64,000 nt of DNA, taken from Alphaproteobacteria bacterium (GTDB lineage: Bacteria > Pseudomonadota > Alphaproteobacteria > Rs-D84). The notes under the pieces were generated by a model. The model saw only the letters and a list, made by a program, of their open reading frames with translations, was not told where the DNA came from and searched no databases. A program made the position numbers and the translations under genes. The stretch covers positions 1,691-65,690 of the forward strand of contig SUUO01000001.1 in assembly GCA_015062485.1 (NCBI GenBank), in the 5' to 3' direction. Shown one piece after another: positions 17,319 to 27,217 of the stretch. Each line of letters opens with the position of its first letter. Position 1 is the stretch's first letter.

Positions 17319-18782
17319 TTACCTTAATTTGCGGTCGATTATATACGCCACCGGCAAATACACAATTCCATAGCCAACAATCGCAAAGGCCAACATCCAG
17401 ATACTGTGTACCGGCACCAAATACAGGCCCATACCAACAATCGTCGCCCACAGACCAAACGCAACAATCGCACGTATGGTGCGGCCATCGTGATGCACCA
17501 ATCCGCGCCGACGGCACGCCCGCCCCAGTAAATAATTTTTCAAATAACCACTGACCACAACACCAATCGGTATTGCCAGGTATCCAACAAGCGGGAACAG
17601 CGCCAGATAAAGCACCGCGGCCACCCCCAATGATACCATACTGGTCTTGACCGGGGTTTTAACGTCCTGGGACGCGTAAAGAGTTTTACTGTAAATCTGG
17701 CTGACCAGCATCGCAGGCAGGACCAAAACCTGAATCATTATCGCATTCGCCACCGCCGTTGTTGATACAGATGTCCACGCACCATATTCAAACAAATATC
17801 TTATTATCGGTTCCGCCAAGACAACCAGTCCCACAACGCACGGAAATATCAGCATCAACGAACGGCGCATCGAAGAATTTTGCTGTAAATAAACACTGCG
17901 CATATTTTTATCCGCCAGGGCATTTGATATCGAAGACATTAAAACCGTCCCCACCGCCAGGCCAATCATCGCAAACGGCAACTGAACAATTCTGTCTGAA
18001 TAATAAAGCCACGATACGGCCCCGCTTTGGAAACTGGCGACAAAGGTACCGATTATCATCGTTATCTGATAAAAGCCGGTGCCAACAATACTGACCCCCA
18101 GGCGTTTAAACAGATTCTTTATCCCCGGGGTCCAGCGTGGTACAATCAAGCGCAATCCAAAGTGCCGACGACGTATACGTGACCATAAAATTCCAAACTG
18201 AATTACCCCGGACAAGACAACCGTACCCGCCATAAGGTACAGTACATTTTCCGAGCCGAATACAATCGCGCACACCAATGCACCAATTAACATAATGTTT
18301 AGTAACACCGGCATAAATGCCGCCAACAAAAACCGTGAAAAAGCGTTCAAAATCGCTGATAAAAATGCCGCACCACACACAAATATCACGTATACGAACA
18401 TTATGCGCGCAATTGTGATGGTTAAATCTATCTTGCCCGGGTCTGCATCAAACCCAGGCGCCAGAATCCATATAACCACCGGCATAAATATTTCAAACAG
18501 GATTGTTATCCCAAGCAGCACAACCATCAGCCAGGAAAAAACATTCTTGGCAAAAGAATCATCTTTCTTTAAATCGGTATACATTGGGATAAATATCGCA
18601 GACAATGCCCCCTCGCCCAACAGGTCACGGAACAAATTCGGCAACTTGAACGCCGCCAGGAACACGTCAGACAGGCGCCCCGCCCCCAATACGCGCGCGA
18701 TAAGCATATCGCGAATAAATCCGAAAATACGACTGATGCCGGTCATTGCGCCAACACCGAAAATATGTTTGCCTAGTTTCAT
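17319..18782 (-). CDS. murJ: lipid II flippase MurJ
   Basis: GFIRDMLIARVLGAG...FKLPNLFRDLLGEGALSAIFIP, polytopic membrane protein. Confidence 0.9.
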   Translation of the reverse strand: MKLGKHIFGVGAMTGISRIFGFIRDMLIARVLGAGRLSDVFLAAFKLPNLFRDLLGEGALSAIFIPMYTDLKKDDSFAKNVFSWLMVVLLGITILFEIFMPVVIWILAPGFDADPGKIDLTITIARIMFVYVIFVCGAAFLSAILNAFSRFLLAAFMPVLLNIMLIGALVCAIVFGSENVLYLMAGTVVLSGVIQFGILWSRIRRRHFGLRLIVPRWTPGIKNLFKRLGVSIVGTGFYQITMIIGTFVASFQSGAVSWLYYSDRIVQLPFAMIGLAVGTVLMSSISNALADKNMRSVYLQQNSSMRRSLMLIFPCVVGLVVLAEPIIRYLFEYGAWTSVSTTAVANAIMIQVLVLPAMLVSQIYSKTLYASQDVKTPVKTSMVSLGVAAVLYLALFPLVGYLAIPIGVVVSGYLKNYLLGRACRRRGLVHHDGRTIRAIVAFGLWATIVGMGLYLVPVHSIWMLAFAIVGYGIVYLPVAYIIDRKLR

Positions 18783-18835
18783 AGTTTGGATTATACTGCG
18801 TTCATCAAACTAAAATCAAGGCAGGAATATACGTG

Positions 18836-19561
18836 ATGAAAAAATTATTTATGCTATTGGCGTGTACAGGAATCCTGGGGGCGTGTGCGGGCGCATCGGA
18901 CAATGAAATTGTCGCACAAATGCCACTGGACGAAATATACAAGACCGCATACGCCGAATTTAATGATGAAAATTATGAAATGGCGGCACTGGAATTTCAA
19001 AAGGCTGAAACACAATATCCATCCAGCCCCTGGGCCGCAGATGCATTGGTGATGAGTGCGTATTCATACTATATGGACGATGATTTTGCATCTGCGATTT
19101 TGGCGATTGACCGATATATGCGCTTTCACCCGGGGCACAGGGACGTGGCATATATGATGTATTTGCGCGGAATGTGCTATTACCGCCAGGTCAGTGATGT
19201 CCGTCGTGAACCGGGGATGTCTGCATACGCGTTGGCAGAATTTCAAAACCTGGTGCAACGTTTCCCAAAAAGCCCATATGCAAAAAATGCAGAAAACAAG
19301 ATTAACATTCTTAAAAACTATATCGCGGGGAAAATTATGTACGCCGCACGCAATGATATGGCGCGCGAAAATTGGCCCAGTGCGATTTCACACCTGCAAT
19401 CGGTTGTGTCTGGTGCCCAAGAAACCGTTATGACACCAGAAGCAATGTATCGCCTGACCGAATGCTATACGGCAATTGGCCTGCCGGAACAGGCGTATGG
19501 GTATGGCGAAATGTTAAAATTGAACTTTCCCGATAACGAATGGACAAAAAAATTAAAATAA
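18836..19561 (+). CDS. bamD: outer membrane protein assembly factor BamD
   Basis: Lipobox LGAC, then a TPR-like YfiO sequence. The ATG at 18836 sits just after the in-frame GTG at 18833. Confidence 0.8.
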   Translation: MKKLFMLLACTGILGACAGASDNEIVAQMPLDEIYKTAYAEFNDENYEMAALEFQKAETQYPSSPWAADALVMSAYSYYMDDDFASAILAIDRYMRFHPGHRDVAYMMYLRGMCYYRQVSDVRREPGMSAYALAEFQNLVQRFPKSPYAKNAENKINILKNYIAGKIMYAARNDMARENWPSAISHLQSVVSGAQETVMTPEAMYRLTECYTAIGLPEQAYGYGEMLKLNFPDNEWTKKLK

Positions 19562-19586
19562 AAAACCGCCAACCGGCGGTTTTTTA
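19559..19586. terminator. bidirectional terminator
   Basis: AAAAAACCGCC-AACC-GGCGGTTTTTT. Confidence 0.8.
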
Positions 19587-20006
19587 TTCGATTCCATTCA
19601 TTGTTTTTAATAGATTCAAAACGGCTTCGCGTTTGCCATCATCACCCAATTTCCAATACAACTTTATCAATTCTAATGTTTCATTTTTACCCATTGGATC
19701 ATCGGCCGCGCTGGAACATACGCGCATTGCCGGCTGGGAACGTGTGGCCTTGGTTTCATCTGGCAAATTACCCGGCAATCCCATAAAGAAAAAAGACACA
19801 GGCGTATCCATCGCAACACCAATTTCAAACAAGCGCGATGCCGCAACACGATTACCCGCCGTTTCATATTTCTGAACCTGTTGAAAGGTGACGCCACAGG
19901 CGTCGGCCAAATCTTTCTGGGACAGCCCCAGCATATTACGACGCAACTGAATACGACGACCAATATGTTCGTCAACAACCGTTGGGATGTATGGTTTTCC
20001 TGCCAT
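19584..20006 (-). CDS. XRE-family helix-turn-helix transcriptional regulator
   Basis: IGRRIQLRRNMLGLSQKDLADACGVTFQQVQKYETAGNRV is a typical HTH_3 sequence. Confidence 0.8.
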   Translation of the reverse strand: MAGKPYIPTVVDEHIGRRIQLRRNMLGLSQKDLADACGVTFQQVQKYETAGNRVAASRLFEIGVAMDTPVSFFFMGLPGNLPDETKATRSQPAMRVCSSAADDPMGKNETLELIKLYWKLGDDGKREAVLNLLKTMNGIE

Positions 20007-20117
20007 ATGTTTTCTCCTGTGATATGAACAATATCTTATACAACCTGTAATTGTATAAATTTTATGTTATTTTGCAATCAAAAAACGTGTATAATGTCGA
20101 TAAAATACGGAGTTGAT

Positions 20118-21593
20118 ATGAAAAAACCACTTGTTTTATGTATTATGGACGGTGTTGGCATAAACCCAGAACGCACAAACAATGCGGTTGCAATGGCAAA
20201 GATGCCGTTTTTTGACGGGCTGCTTTGCAAATATCCACATTCAAAACTGGATGCCAGTGGGGTGGCGGTGGGCCTGCCGGCGGGAACAATGGGAAATTCA
20301 GAGGTTGGACACATTACAATCGGCGCTGGACGTGTTGTGAACCAGTTCCTGCGCCGGTTCGAGGTTGAAGACTGGAATAAAAATGTTGCATTAAATTCTT
20401 TTATTGACGACATCCGGACGTCTGGTGGCATAGTGCATATCGCAGGCCTGATGAGTGACGGGCGCGTTCATTCCGATATCCGCGACATTATGACAATCGC
20501 AAAATACGTATTGGATTCGGGGTTGCGCGTGTGTATTCACTTTATTGCCGATGGGCGTGATACACCGCCACAGTCCGCAAAAAAGTATGTCGATTTGATT
20601 AAGGATACTTTGGCGCCCTATTTCGCCGATGGACGCGCGTTCTGGGGGACATTGTCTGGGCGGTACTATGCAATGGATCGAAACAACAATATGGACCGCA
20701 CGGCATTGGCCATTGACGCAATTGCAATGGCAAAATCTGAATATCGTGTGGACACGATTGATGACGCACTGCGTGATGCATATGCACGCGGCGAAACGGA
20801 TGAATTTATTAAACCAACCGTTATAAATGGCGACGTACCGATTACAAAACAGGATGGTTTTATATTCGGAAACTATCGCAGTGATCGTGCCCGCCAAATT
20901 ATGCGCGAAATAGTTAAAACAGGCATTCGCGTGTTGTGCTTTTCCCAATATGGCGAAGGGTTAAATGAGGTTTGCCCCGCGCTTATTGATGATGAAATTG
21001 TTGAAAACACGTTGGGGGATGTTCTGGCTGAAAATGGACTGTCACAACTGCGTATCGCAGAAACCGAAAAATACAATCACGTTACATATTTTATGGACGC
21101 GGAACGCAATATTGACTATGCGGGCGGGAAAAAAATTCTGATTCCGTCACCCGATGTTGCGACATTTGATTTAAAGCCGGAAATGTCCGCAATCGAAATC
21201 ACAGATGCACTGTTACCGGTGCTGGGGGATTATGATGTTGTAATTTTGAACTGGGCCAATGGGGATATGGTTGGACATACCGGCAATATTGATGCAGCGG
21301 TGCGCGCAATGGAAACATTGGACGCGCAATTGGCGCGATTGGTGCCGGCGGTGTTGGCATTGGATGGGACAATATTGATTACGGCGGACCACGGTAATGC
21401 AGAACAAATGTGGGACATCAAAAACAATACCCCCTGGACGGCACACACAACAAATCCGGTAAATTTGATTGTGGTGTCGAATAATCCGCCGGCCGTGGTG
21501 CGCGACGGCGGTCTAAGTGATATTGCGCCAACAATGCTTAAAATACTGGGGATAAAGCAGCCCGATGATATGACGGGAAAGCCACTTATTTAA
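20118..21593 (+). CDS. gpmI: 2,3-bisphosphoglycerate-independent phosphoglycerate mutase
   Basis: LCIMDGVG, GNSEVGH, ADHGNAE motifs. The start was chosen at MKKPLV, after a GGAG RBS. Confidence 0.9.
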   Translation: MKKPLVLCIMDGVGINPERTNNAVAMAKMPFFDGLLCKYPHSKLDASGVAVGLPAGTMGNSEVGHITIGAGRVVNQFLRRFEVEDWNKNVALNSFIDDIRTSGGIVHIAGLMSDGRVHSDIRDIMTIAKYVLDSGLRVCIHFIADGRDTPPQSAKKYVDLIKDTLAPYFADGRAFWGTLSGRYYAMDRNNNMDRTALAIDAIAMAKSEYRVDTIDDALRDAYARGETDEFIKPTVINGDVPITKQDGFIFGNYRSDRARQIMREIVKTGIRVLCFSQYGEGLNEVCPALIDDEIVENTLGDVLAENGLSQLRIAETEKYNHVTYFMDAERNIDYAGGKKILIPSPDVATFDLKPEMSAIEITDALLPVLGDYDVVILNWANGDMVGHTGNIDAAVRAMETLDAQLARLVPAVLALDGTILITADHGNAEQMWDIKNNTPWTAHTTNPVNLIVVSNNPPAVVRDGGLSDIAPTMLKILGIKQPDDMTGKPLI

Positions 21594-21619
21594 AAAACCC
21601 GGCGATTGCCGGGTTTTTT
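21592..21619. terminator. bidirectional terminator (gpmI / tadA)
   Basis: AAAAAACCCGGC-GATT-GCCGGGTTTTTT. Confidence 0.8.
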
Positions 21620-22067
21620 ATTGTTTTTTTCGACGCAACGCAAAAAATTCCCGCAACATTTGTGCAGATTCGTCCACATATTCGGGCACCTGGTGCACGG
21701 ATGGCCGCCAAAGGTGGCGGTCGGTTTCATAAATACGTGCGTTTGATGTGATTCCACCGCCCTTTTCATCGGTTGCGGCAAAATATACATTTTTTATTCG
21801 TGCGAATGAAATCGCGGTTGCACACATCGCACACGGTTCCAGTGTCACGTAGATATCGCAATCGTCCAAGAATTTTGTTCCCAATTTCTTGCACGCACGA
21901 TTTATCGCGACTATTTCCGCGTGCAGGGTTGGATTCTTTTTATACTGAACCTGGTTTTCGCCACGTGCAATGATTTTTCCATCACGAACAATCACGGCGC
22001 CGATTGGAACATCGTCGTGGGATTGGGCACGGGTCGCCAAAATAAATGCTTGTTTCATAAACTTCAT
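21618..22067 (-). CDS. tadA: tRNA adenosine(34) deaminase
   Basis: HAEIVAI and TLEPCAMCATAI zinc motifs. Confidence 0.9.
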   Translation of the reverse strand: MKFMKQAFILATRAQSHDDVPIGAVIVRDGKIIARGENQVQYKKNPTLHAEIVAINRACKKLGTKFLDDCDIYVTLEPCAMCATAISFARIKNVYFAATDEKGGGITSNARIYETDRHLWRPSVHQVPEYVDESAQMLREFFALRRKKQ

Positions 22068-22084
22068 ACGTTATACTTTACATT

Positions 22085-22645
22085 ATGGAATCAAATTTGC
22101 AAATTATTTCAGGGCGTTTTCGCGGGCGAAAGTTATTTTTGCCCCCAGACGCGCGCCCAACACAAAACCGTGCGCGAATCGCGCTTTTTAATATGATGGA
22201 ATCCGGCGTATTTCAGGCGCGGCCAAACCTAATCATCTGGGATGCGTTTGCGGGATCGGGGGCATTTGGATTGGAATGCCTGTCACGATACCAAGGGGTC
22301 CAAGTTTTATTTACAGATAATTCACCAACGTCTTTGCAGACAATCCGTTCAAATCTGTCACTGTTGGGACTTGGCGCAATCGCACGCATACGCAAAACGG
22401 ATGCAATGATGGCAATTCCAACGTATGGGGGGATGGTTGACCTGGTATTCTTGGACCCGCCATATGCACACCCAGAAATGGGCTTGGGTTTTTTAAAGGG
22501 ACTGGCCCGCGTGGCAAAGCGCGGAATGATTGTTATCTGGGAACAAGATGCACAAAACGCGGTCGCCCCAAACGAAAAAAAATGGAACATTGTGCGAGAT
22601 AAAACATATGGTCGGGCAAGATTCTTGATTTTACAGAAAAAGTAA
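22085..22645 (+). CDS. rsmD: 16S rRNA (guanine966-N2)-methyltransferase
   Basis: IISGRFRGRKL...RPT, DAFAGSGAFGLE, FLDPPY. Confidence 0.85.
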   Translation: MESNLQIISGRFRGRKLFLPPDARPTQNRARIALFNMMESGVFQARPNLIIWDAFAGSGAFGLECLSRYQGVQVLFTDNSPTSLQTIRSNLSLLGLGAIARIRKTDAMMAIPTYGGMVDLVFLDPPYAHPEMGLGFLKGLARVAKRGMIVIWEQDAQNAVAPNEKKWNIVRDKTYGRARFLILQKK

Positions 22646-22748
22646 TAAAATCACTTGATTTTTCAAAGATTTTAAGTAATAATACGCGTCGCACAGCACC
22701 CTTGGAGGCTGGGCAATGTATAACAAATGCTATAAAAAGGATATAAAA

Positions 22749-23348
22749 ATGGCAATTAATATTAATGCAGAAATTCGCGAACGTACCGGCAAGGGGGCCG
22801 CACGTAGCACCCGCAATAACAAAAATATTCCGGCTGTTATCTATGGCGAAAAGAAAGCCCCTGTTTCAATCGTTCTGAACGGTCGTGAATTTGAAATGCT
22901 GATTAAAACACCAGGATTGCGGACAAAATTGTTCCAAATTGCAACACCAAACGGCACAGAAGACGCGATGTTGATGGACATTCAATATCATCCGGTGACC
23001 GATATGGCAATTCACGCAGACTTTAAACGTATCGACGTTAAAAAGCCGGTTAACGTGGTTGTTCCGGTTGAGGTTATCAATGTCGAAACATCCAAAGGCT
23101 TGAAATTGGGTGGCACGTTGAACTTTGCGGTACGTAAGGTCGCGTTGCGTGGTTTGGTTGATGTAATCCCAGAAAAAATCACAATCGATTTGGCTGACCT
23201 GACAATTGGTGACGTGGTTCACGGTACTGATTTGGTATTGCCGGCGGGCGTTGAATTGGGCCTGCACCAGGCAGAATTGGCCTTTGCGACAATCGGTGGT
23301 AAAATGCCGGCCGAAGAAGACGACAAAAAAGCCGCAGCCGCAAAATAA
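22749..23348 (+). CDS. rplY: 50S ribosomal protein L25/Ctc
   Basis: RERTGKGAARSTRNNKNIPAVIYG..., long Ctc form. The start follows an AAGGA-like RBS. Confidence 0.9.
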   Translation: MAININAEIRERTGKGAARSTRNNKNIPAVIYGEKKAPVSIVLNGREFEMLIKTPGLRTKLFQIATPNGTEDAMLMDIQYHPVTDMAIHADFKRIDVKKPVNVVVPVEVINVETSKGLKLGGTLNFAVRKVALRGLVDVIPEKITIDLADLTIGDVVHGTDLVLPAGVELGLHQAELAFATIGGKMPAEEDDKKAAAAK

Positions 23349-23378
23349 AAAATCCCCGCCAAATGGCGGGATTTTTTA
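23346..23378 (+). terminator. intrinsic terminator after rplY
   Basis: AAAAAATCCCCGCC-AAAT-GGCGGGATTTTTT. Confidence 0.8.
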
Positions 23379-23487
23379 TCGTGATATTTTTTACACTTTT
23401 TGTTAAGAAAATGTGTCTATTGCCCCTTGAAAACATTTTTTGCATAACTATATGGTGGTTAAGCGAAAATTTTAAGGAGTGAACAAA

Positions 23488-25383
23488 ATGGGAAAAGTAA
23501 TTGGTATTGACCTGGGGACGACTAATTCCGCGATGGCTTTTATGGACGGAACGGACCCAAAAATTATCGAAAATTCAGAGGGACAGCGCACAACACCATC
23601 GGTTGTGGCACTGACATCAAACGGCGAACAGTTGGTTGGTATTACCGCCAAGAATCAGGCCGTCACAAACCCCGAGAATACTATCTATGAAATTAAACGT
23701 TTAATGGGCCTGCGTTTTGACAGCCCGGCCGTCAAAGAAATTGCCGCACGTGTTCCATACAAAATCGTTGCGGGTGACAATGGTGACGCCTGGGTTGAAA
23801 TGGATGGCAAAAAATATGCCCCATCCCAGATTTCCGCAATGATTTTAGGTAAACTGAAAAAAGATGCGGAAAGCTATCTGGGCGAACCGGTAACAGATGC
23901 GGTTATCACGGTACCTGCGTACTTTAATGATTCCCAGCGCCAGGCAACAAAAGACGCCGGTCGCATTGCGGGTCTGAATGTATTGCGTATTGTTAATGAA
24001 CCAACCGCCGCCGCGTTGGCATATGGCCTGGACAAGGGTAAAGACGGCATTATCGCGGTTTACGACTTGGGCGGTGGTACATTTGACGTATCCATTCTGG
24101 AAATTGTCGACGGTGTGTTCGAAGTAAAATCCACCAACGGCGATACCGCATTGGGTGGTTCGGACTTTGACGCACGTGTTTTGGAACACCTGATTGCGGA
24201 ATTCAAATCCCAGACCGGAATTGATTTATCGGGCGATAAATTGGCCCTGCAACGCTTGAAAGAGGCCGCAGAAAAGGCAAAAATCGAATTGTCTTCTAAG
24301 ACGTCGACGGACATCAACCTGCCGTTCTTGACGGCGGATGCAACAGGTCCGAAGCACTTTAACACGACACTGACACGTGCAAAGTTGGAATCTTTGGTGG
24401 GCGATTTGATTGAACGTACAATCGAACCGTGCAAAAAGGCATTAAAAGACGCCGGCTTGGAAAAATCGCAGATTAACGAAGTTATCTTGGTCGGTGGCCA
24501 AACCCGTATGCCAAAGGTTGCAGAAACGGTTAAAGAATTCTTTGGTCGCGAACCACACAAAGGCGTCAACCCAGACGAAGTTGTCGGTATGGGTGCCGCA
24601 ATTCAAGGTGGCGTTTTAAAGGGCGATGTAAAAGATGTTCTGTTGCTGGACGTGACACCATTGTCATTGGGTATTGAAACGTTGGGTGGCGTATTTACAC
24701 GCTTAATCGACCGCAATACCACAATCCCAACGAAAAAGTCACAGGTATTCAGTACCGCCGAAGACAATCAATCGGCCGTGACAATTCGTGTGTTCCAGGG
24801 TGAACGTGATATGGCCGCAGATAACAAGTTATTGGGTCAATTTAACCTGGAAGGTATCGCACCGGCCCCACGTGGTATGCCACAGATTGAGGTTTCGTTC
24901 GATATCGACGCGAACGGCATTGTTCACGTATCAGCCAAAGACAAAGGCACCGGCAAAGAACAGGCGATTTCTATTAAATCAGACGGTGGCCTGTCGGAAG
25001 ATGAAATCAAACGTATGGTTGATGAAGCCGCCGCCAATGCAGAGGCAGACAAACTGAAACGCGAACTGGCCGAGGCGAAAAACACCGCCGAGACAGCAAT
25101 ATTCAGCATTGAAAAGTCACTGAAAGAACACGGCGATAAAATCAGCGAAGATGAAAAGAAAGCCATCGAAGACGCCAAAAAAGAATTGGCAGACGAATTG
25201 GCCAAGGCGGACGCAACCGCAGAATCTTTGAAAGCCAAGACCGATGCATTGTCTGAAAAGGCAATGAAATTGGGCGAAGCGGTTTATAAAGCCGCCCAGG
25301 CGGAACAAGCCGCCGCATCCGGTGCCAACGACACGAAAAACGACGATGGCACGGTTGATGCAGATTTTTCTGAAAAGAAATAA
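23488..25383 (+). CDS. dnaK: molecular chaperone DnaK
   Basis: GIDLGTTNS and DLGGGTFD motifs. AAGGAG RBS 8 nt before the ATG. No grpE or dnaJ lies adjacent. Confidence 0.97.
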   Translation: MGKVIGIDLGTTNSAMAFMDGTDPKIIENSEGQRTTPSVVALTSNGEQLVGITAKNQAVTNPENTIYEIKRLMGLRFDSPAVKEIAARVPYKIVAGDNGDAWVEMDGKKYAPSQISAMILGKLKKDAESYLGEPVTDAVITVPAYFNDSQRQATKDAGRIAGLNVLRIVNEPTAAALAYGLDKGKDGIIAVYDLGGGTFDVSILEIVDGVFEVKSTNGDTALGGSDFDARVLEHLIAEFKSQTGIDLSGDKLALQRLKEAAEKAKIELSSKTSTDINLPFLTADATGPKHFNTTLTRAKLESLVGDLIERTIEPCKKALKDAGLEKSQINEVILVGGQTRMPKVAETVKEFFGREPHKGVNPDEVVGMGAAIQGGVLKGDVKDVLLLDVTPLSLGIETLGGVFTRLIDRNTTIPTKKSQVFSTAEDNQSAVTIRVFQGERDMAADNKLLGQFNLEGIAPAPRGMPQIEVSFDIDANGIVHVSAKDKGTGKEQAISIKSDGGLSEDEIKRMVDEAAANAEADKLKRELAEAKNTAETAIFSIEKSLKEHGDKISEDEKKAIEDAKKELADELAKADATAESLKAKTDALSEKAMKLGEAVYKAAQAEQAAASGANDTKNDDGTVDADFSEKK

Positions 25384-25411
25384 AAAATCCCGCCAATGGC
25401 GGGATTTTTTT
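25382..25411. terminator. terminator after dnaK
   Basis: AAAAAATCCCGCC-AAT-GGCGGGATTTTTTT. Confidence 0.8.
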
Positions 25412-25454
25412 ATGAGATATGAGACAAGAGATATGTGATATGAAAATACTTCGC

Positions 25455-25659
25455 TAAATAAAAGTTTAAACTAAAGTGCAAATGTGGAAAAATTAAACTT
25501 CTTTTGTCATCCCGTGGCTTGACCACGGGACCCAGGTCATAGAAACATTATTATTTGTGCGCGCTCTGCGCGCATAACCTGGTTTCCGGTGTCAAGCACC
25601 GGAATGACAAAAACGTGAAACGTTTTTGTAAACTAATTACTTCGCTAAACTTTTATTTA
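25455..25659. repeat. nested palindromic MITE-like element, copy 2 (core inverted relative to copy 1)
   Basis: Outer IR TAAATAAAAGTTTA (25455-25468) / TAAACTTTTATTTA (25646-25659). Inner arms at 25505-25539 and 25577-25609. The arm hairpins are swapped relative to copy 1 (CCGTGG..CCACGG on the left, CCGGTG..CACCGG on the right). Confidence 0.6.
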
Positions 25660-25675
25660 TCTATGAATTTCGTGC

Positions 25676-25704
25676 TTGCCTAAAATCGCGCAAATCGTTA
25701 TAAT
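25676..25704 (+). promoter_or_regulatory. sigma70-type promoter of Cys-rich cassette 2
   Basis: TTGCCT, 17 nt, TATAAT. Confidence 0.65.
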
Positions 25705-25813
25705 ACGTGGCATAGAGACGAAAAACATATGCCGAATCCAATGGGACGTTTTTCCTCGGCATAAATTCGTAATTAAAAATCCCTGATTTCTGCATATTTT
25801 ATCCCCCGTTTTT

Positions 25814-26710
25814 GTGCCGAATCTAAACGTCGGTTTGGTTGCGGCGGTGGCGACGTTCTTGTCATTGAACGCATTTGCAAGCCAGACCGCTTTGCATACC
25901 GGGAATTATACGGTTTTAAGCGCATCTTCGCGCGGTTTGTCGTCTTATTATCAAAATATGCTGGCGACGCATTATGATAAACTGACCAGCGGAACATATG
26001 GTGTGGTGCCTATGTGTGGCTCGGGCAGCGATGGTTATACGCTGTTAATGGGAAGCAGTGCGTATTCATATTGCGTTCTGGCCAAATGGTACGACGACGA
26101 TAACAACACCGGTATCGGCGGCTTTTGTTTTTCCACAGAGGCACTTTGTTGGAAATTTTCAGGAATGATATCATCGGGCGTCAGTGGGAATACAAACAGT
26201 AGCGCCACGTTGAAAAAGGGTTATTTTTTCTCTAATACCAGTTATGCAACATATTTAAATAATACGACAACACAGTCTTATTATCGGCGCAATGTTTCGA
26301 TTGCAAACGATTCATTTTTTACGTGTTTGCAAAATTGTGCTAATGACACGGGCTGGGTATCGTATACACAATCAGACGGTACACCATATGAAAAATGGCA
26401 AAAACAGTATTGTCCCGAATCCACAATAAACGCCAGTACTTGTTCCCCTATAACGACCAGTTCTACGGCTTTTAGTTATCGCTGTCCCGCCGAATACTAT
26501 AATGAACTTGGTAAAATTTCTTGGCCTTCATTAGACTACATCAGTTGTAAGCCGTGTCCAAGTTTACCCAAACGCGATGGCACGACGTGCGCAATCAGTT
26601 CGGGTGCAGGTTTGTCCTCGATAACAGGTTGCGTATTGGCCGGTGGGTGCGAATCATATGACGACACCGGTGATTTTATGTTTGCAGGCAGTTGTTTTTA
26701 CACTAACTAA
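25814..26710 (+). CDS. secreted Cys-rich protein, distant family member
   Basis: GTG start, no clear RBS. Signal-like VGLVAAVATFLSLNAFA. Many Cys and N-x-S/T sites. C-terminus CPAEYY...CESYDDTGDFMFAGSCFYTN resembles the C-domain of the family. Confidence 0.65.
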   Translation: MPNLNVGLVAAVATFLSLNAFASQTALHTGNYTVLSASSRGLSSYYQNMLATHYDKLTSGTYGVVPMCGSGSDGYTLLMGSSAYSYCVLAKWYDDDNNTGIGGFCFSTEALCWKFSGMISSGVSGNTNSSATLKKGYFFSNTSYATYLNNTTTQSYYRRNVSIANDSFFTCLQNCANDTGWVSYTQSDGTPYEKWQKQYCPESTINASTCSPITTSSTAFSYRCPAEYYNELGKISWPSLDYISCKPCPSLPKRDGTTCAISSGAGLSSITGCVLAGGCESYDDTGDFMFAGSCFYTN

Positions 26711-26746
26711 ACAAAACATCCCGCCAATCGGCGGGATGTTTTGTTT
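26711..26746. terminator. bidirectional terminator
   Basis: AACAAAACATCCCGCC-AATC-GGCGGGATGTTTTGTT. Confidence 0.8.
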
Positions 26747-26752
26747 CCAACA

Positions 26753-27094
26753 TTATTTTTTCCAGAATGCAAATCCACGACGGGTTGATTTTTCTTCGCG
26801 TTGCTTTCTGTCCTCTATCGCACGACGGCGTTCGGCACGACGTTCCTGGAAACGACGGGCGGATTCTTCGTCACGCTGAATCAATGTAATGGTTGTGGCC
26901 GATAATTTATCATTGCGCACCTCTTCTTCGAATTCTACGATATCATTTTCATTCAAGAAGCGAATGCCCGCAGCCTTTAAAGAACTGGAATGAACAAATA
27001 CATCATCTGTGTTACCATTTTCATTTGGTGTGTCCGGGGTAATAAACCCAAAACATTTTTTACCGTTGTACCATTTTACTTTTCCCTGACGCAT
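26753..27094 (-). CDS. cold-shock domain protein with basic C-terminal extension
   Basis: GKVKWYNGKKCFGFITP...DVFVHSS is a CSD with RNP1/RNP2-like motifs. The tail is Arg/Glu-rich. Confidence 0.85.
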   Translation of the reverse strand: MRQGKVKWYNGKKCFGFITPDTPNENGNTDDVFVHSSSLKAAGIRFLNENDIVEFEEEVRNDKLSATTITLIQRDEESARRFQERRAERRRAIEDRKQREEKSTRRGFAFWKK

Positions 27095-27187
27095 AATCGT
27101 ATCCTTTGTTATGCTTGTTATGGTTCTGCAAGACAGTCAAGAACCTGATACTATTTTTACATTTTTGACCATTTAACGCAAGGGGAA

Positions 27188-27217
27188 TAAAAATACCCGC
27201 CAGGTGGCGGGATTTTT
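27188..27217 (-). terminator. intrinsic terminator after the 27216-28616 gene
   Basis: AAAAATACCCGCC-AGGT-GGCGGGATTTTT. Confidence 0.7.
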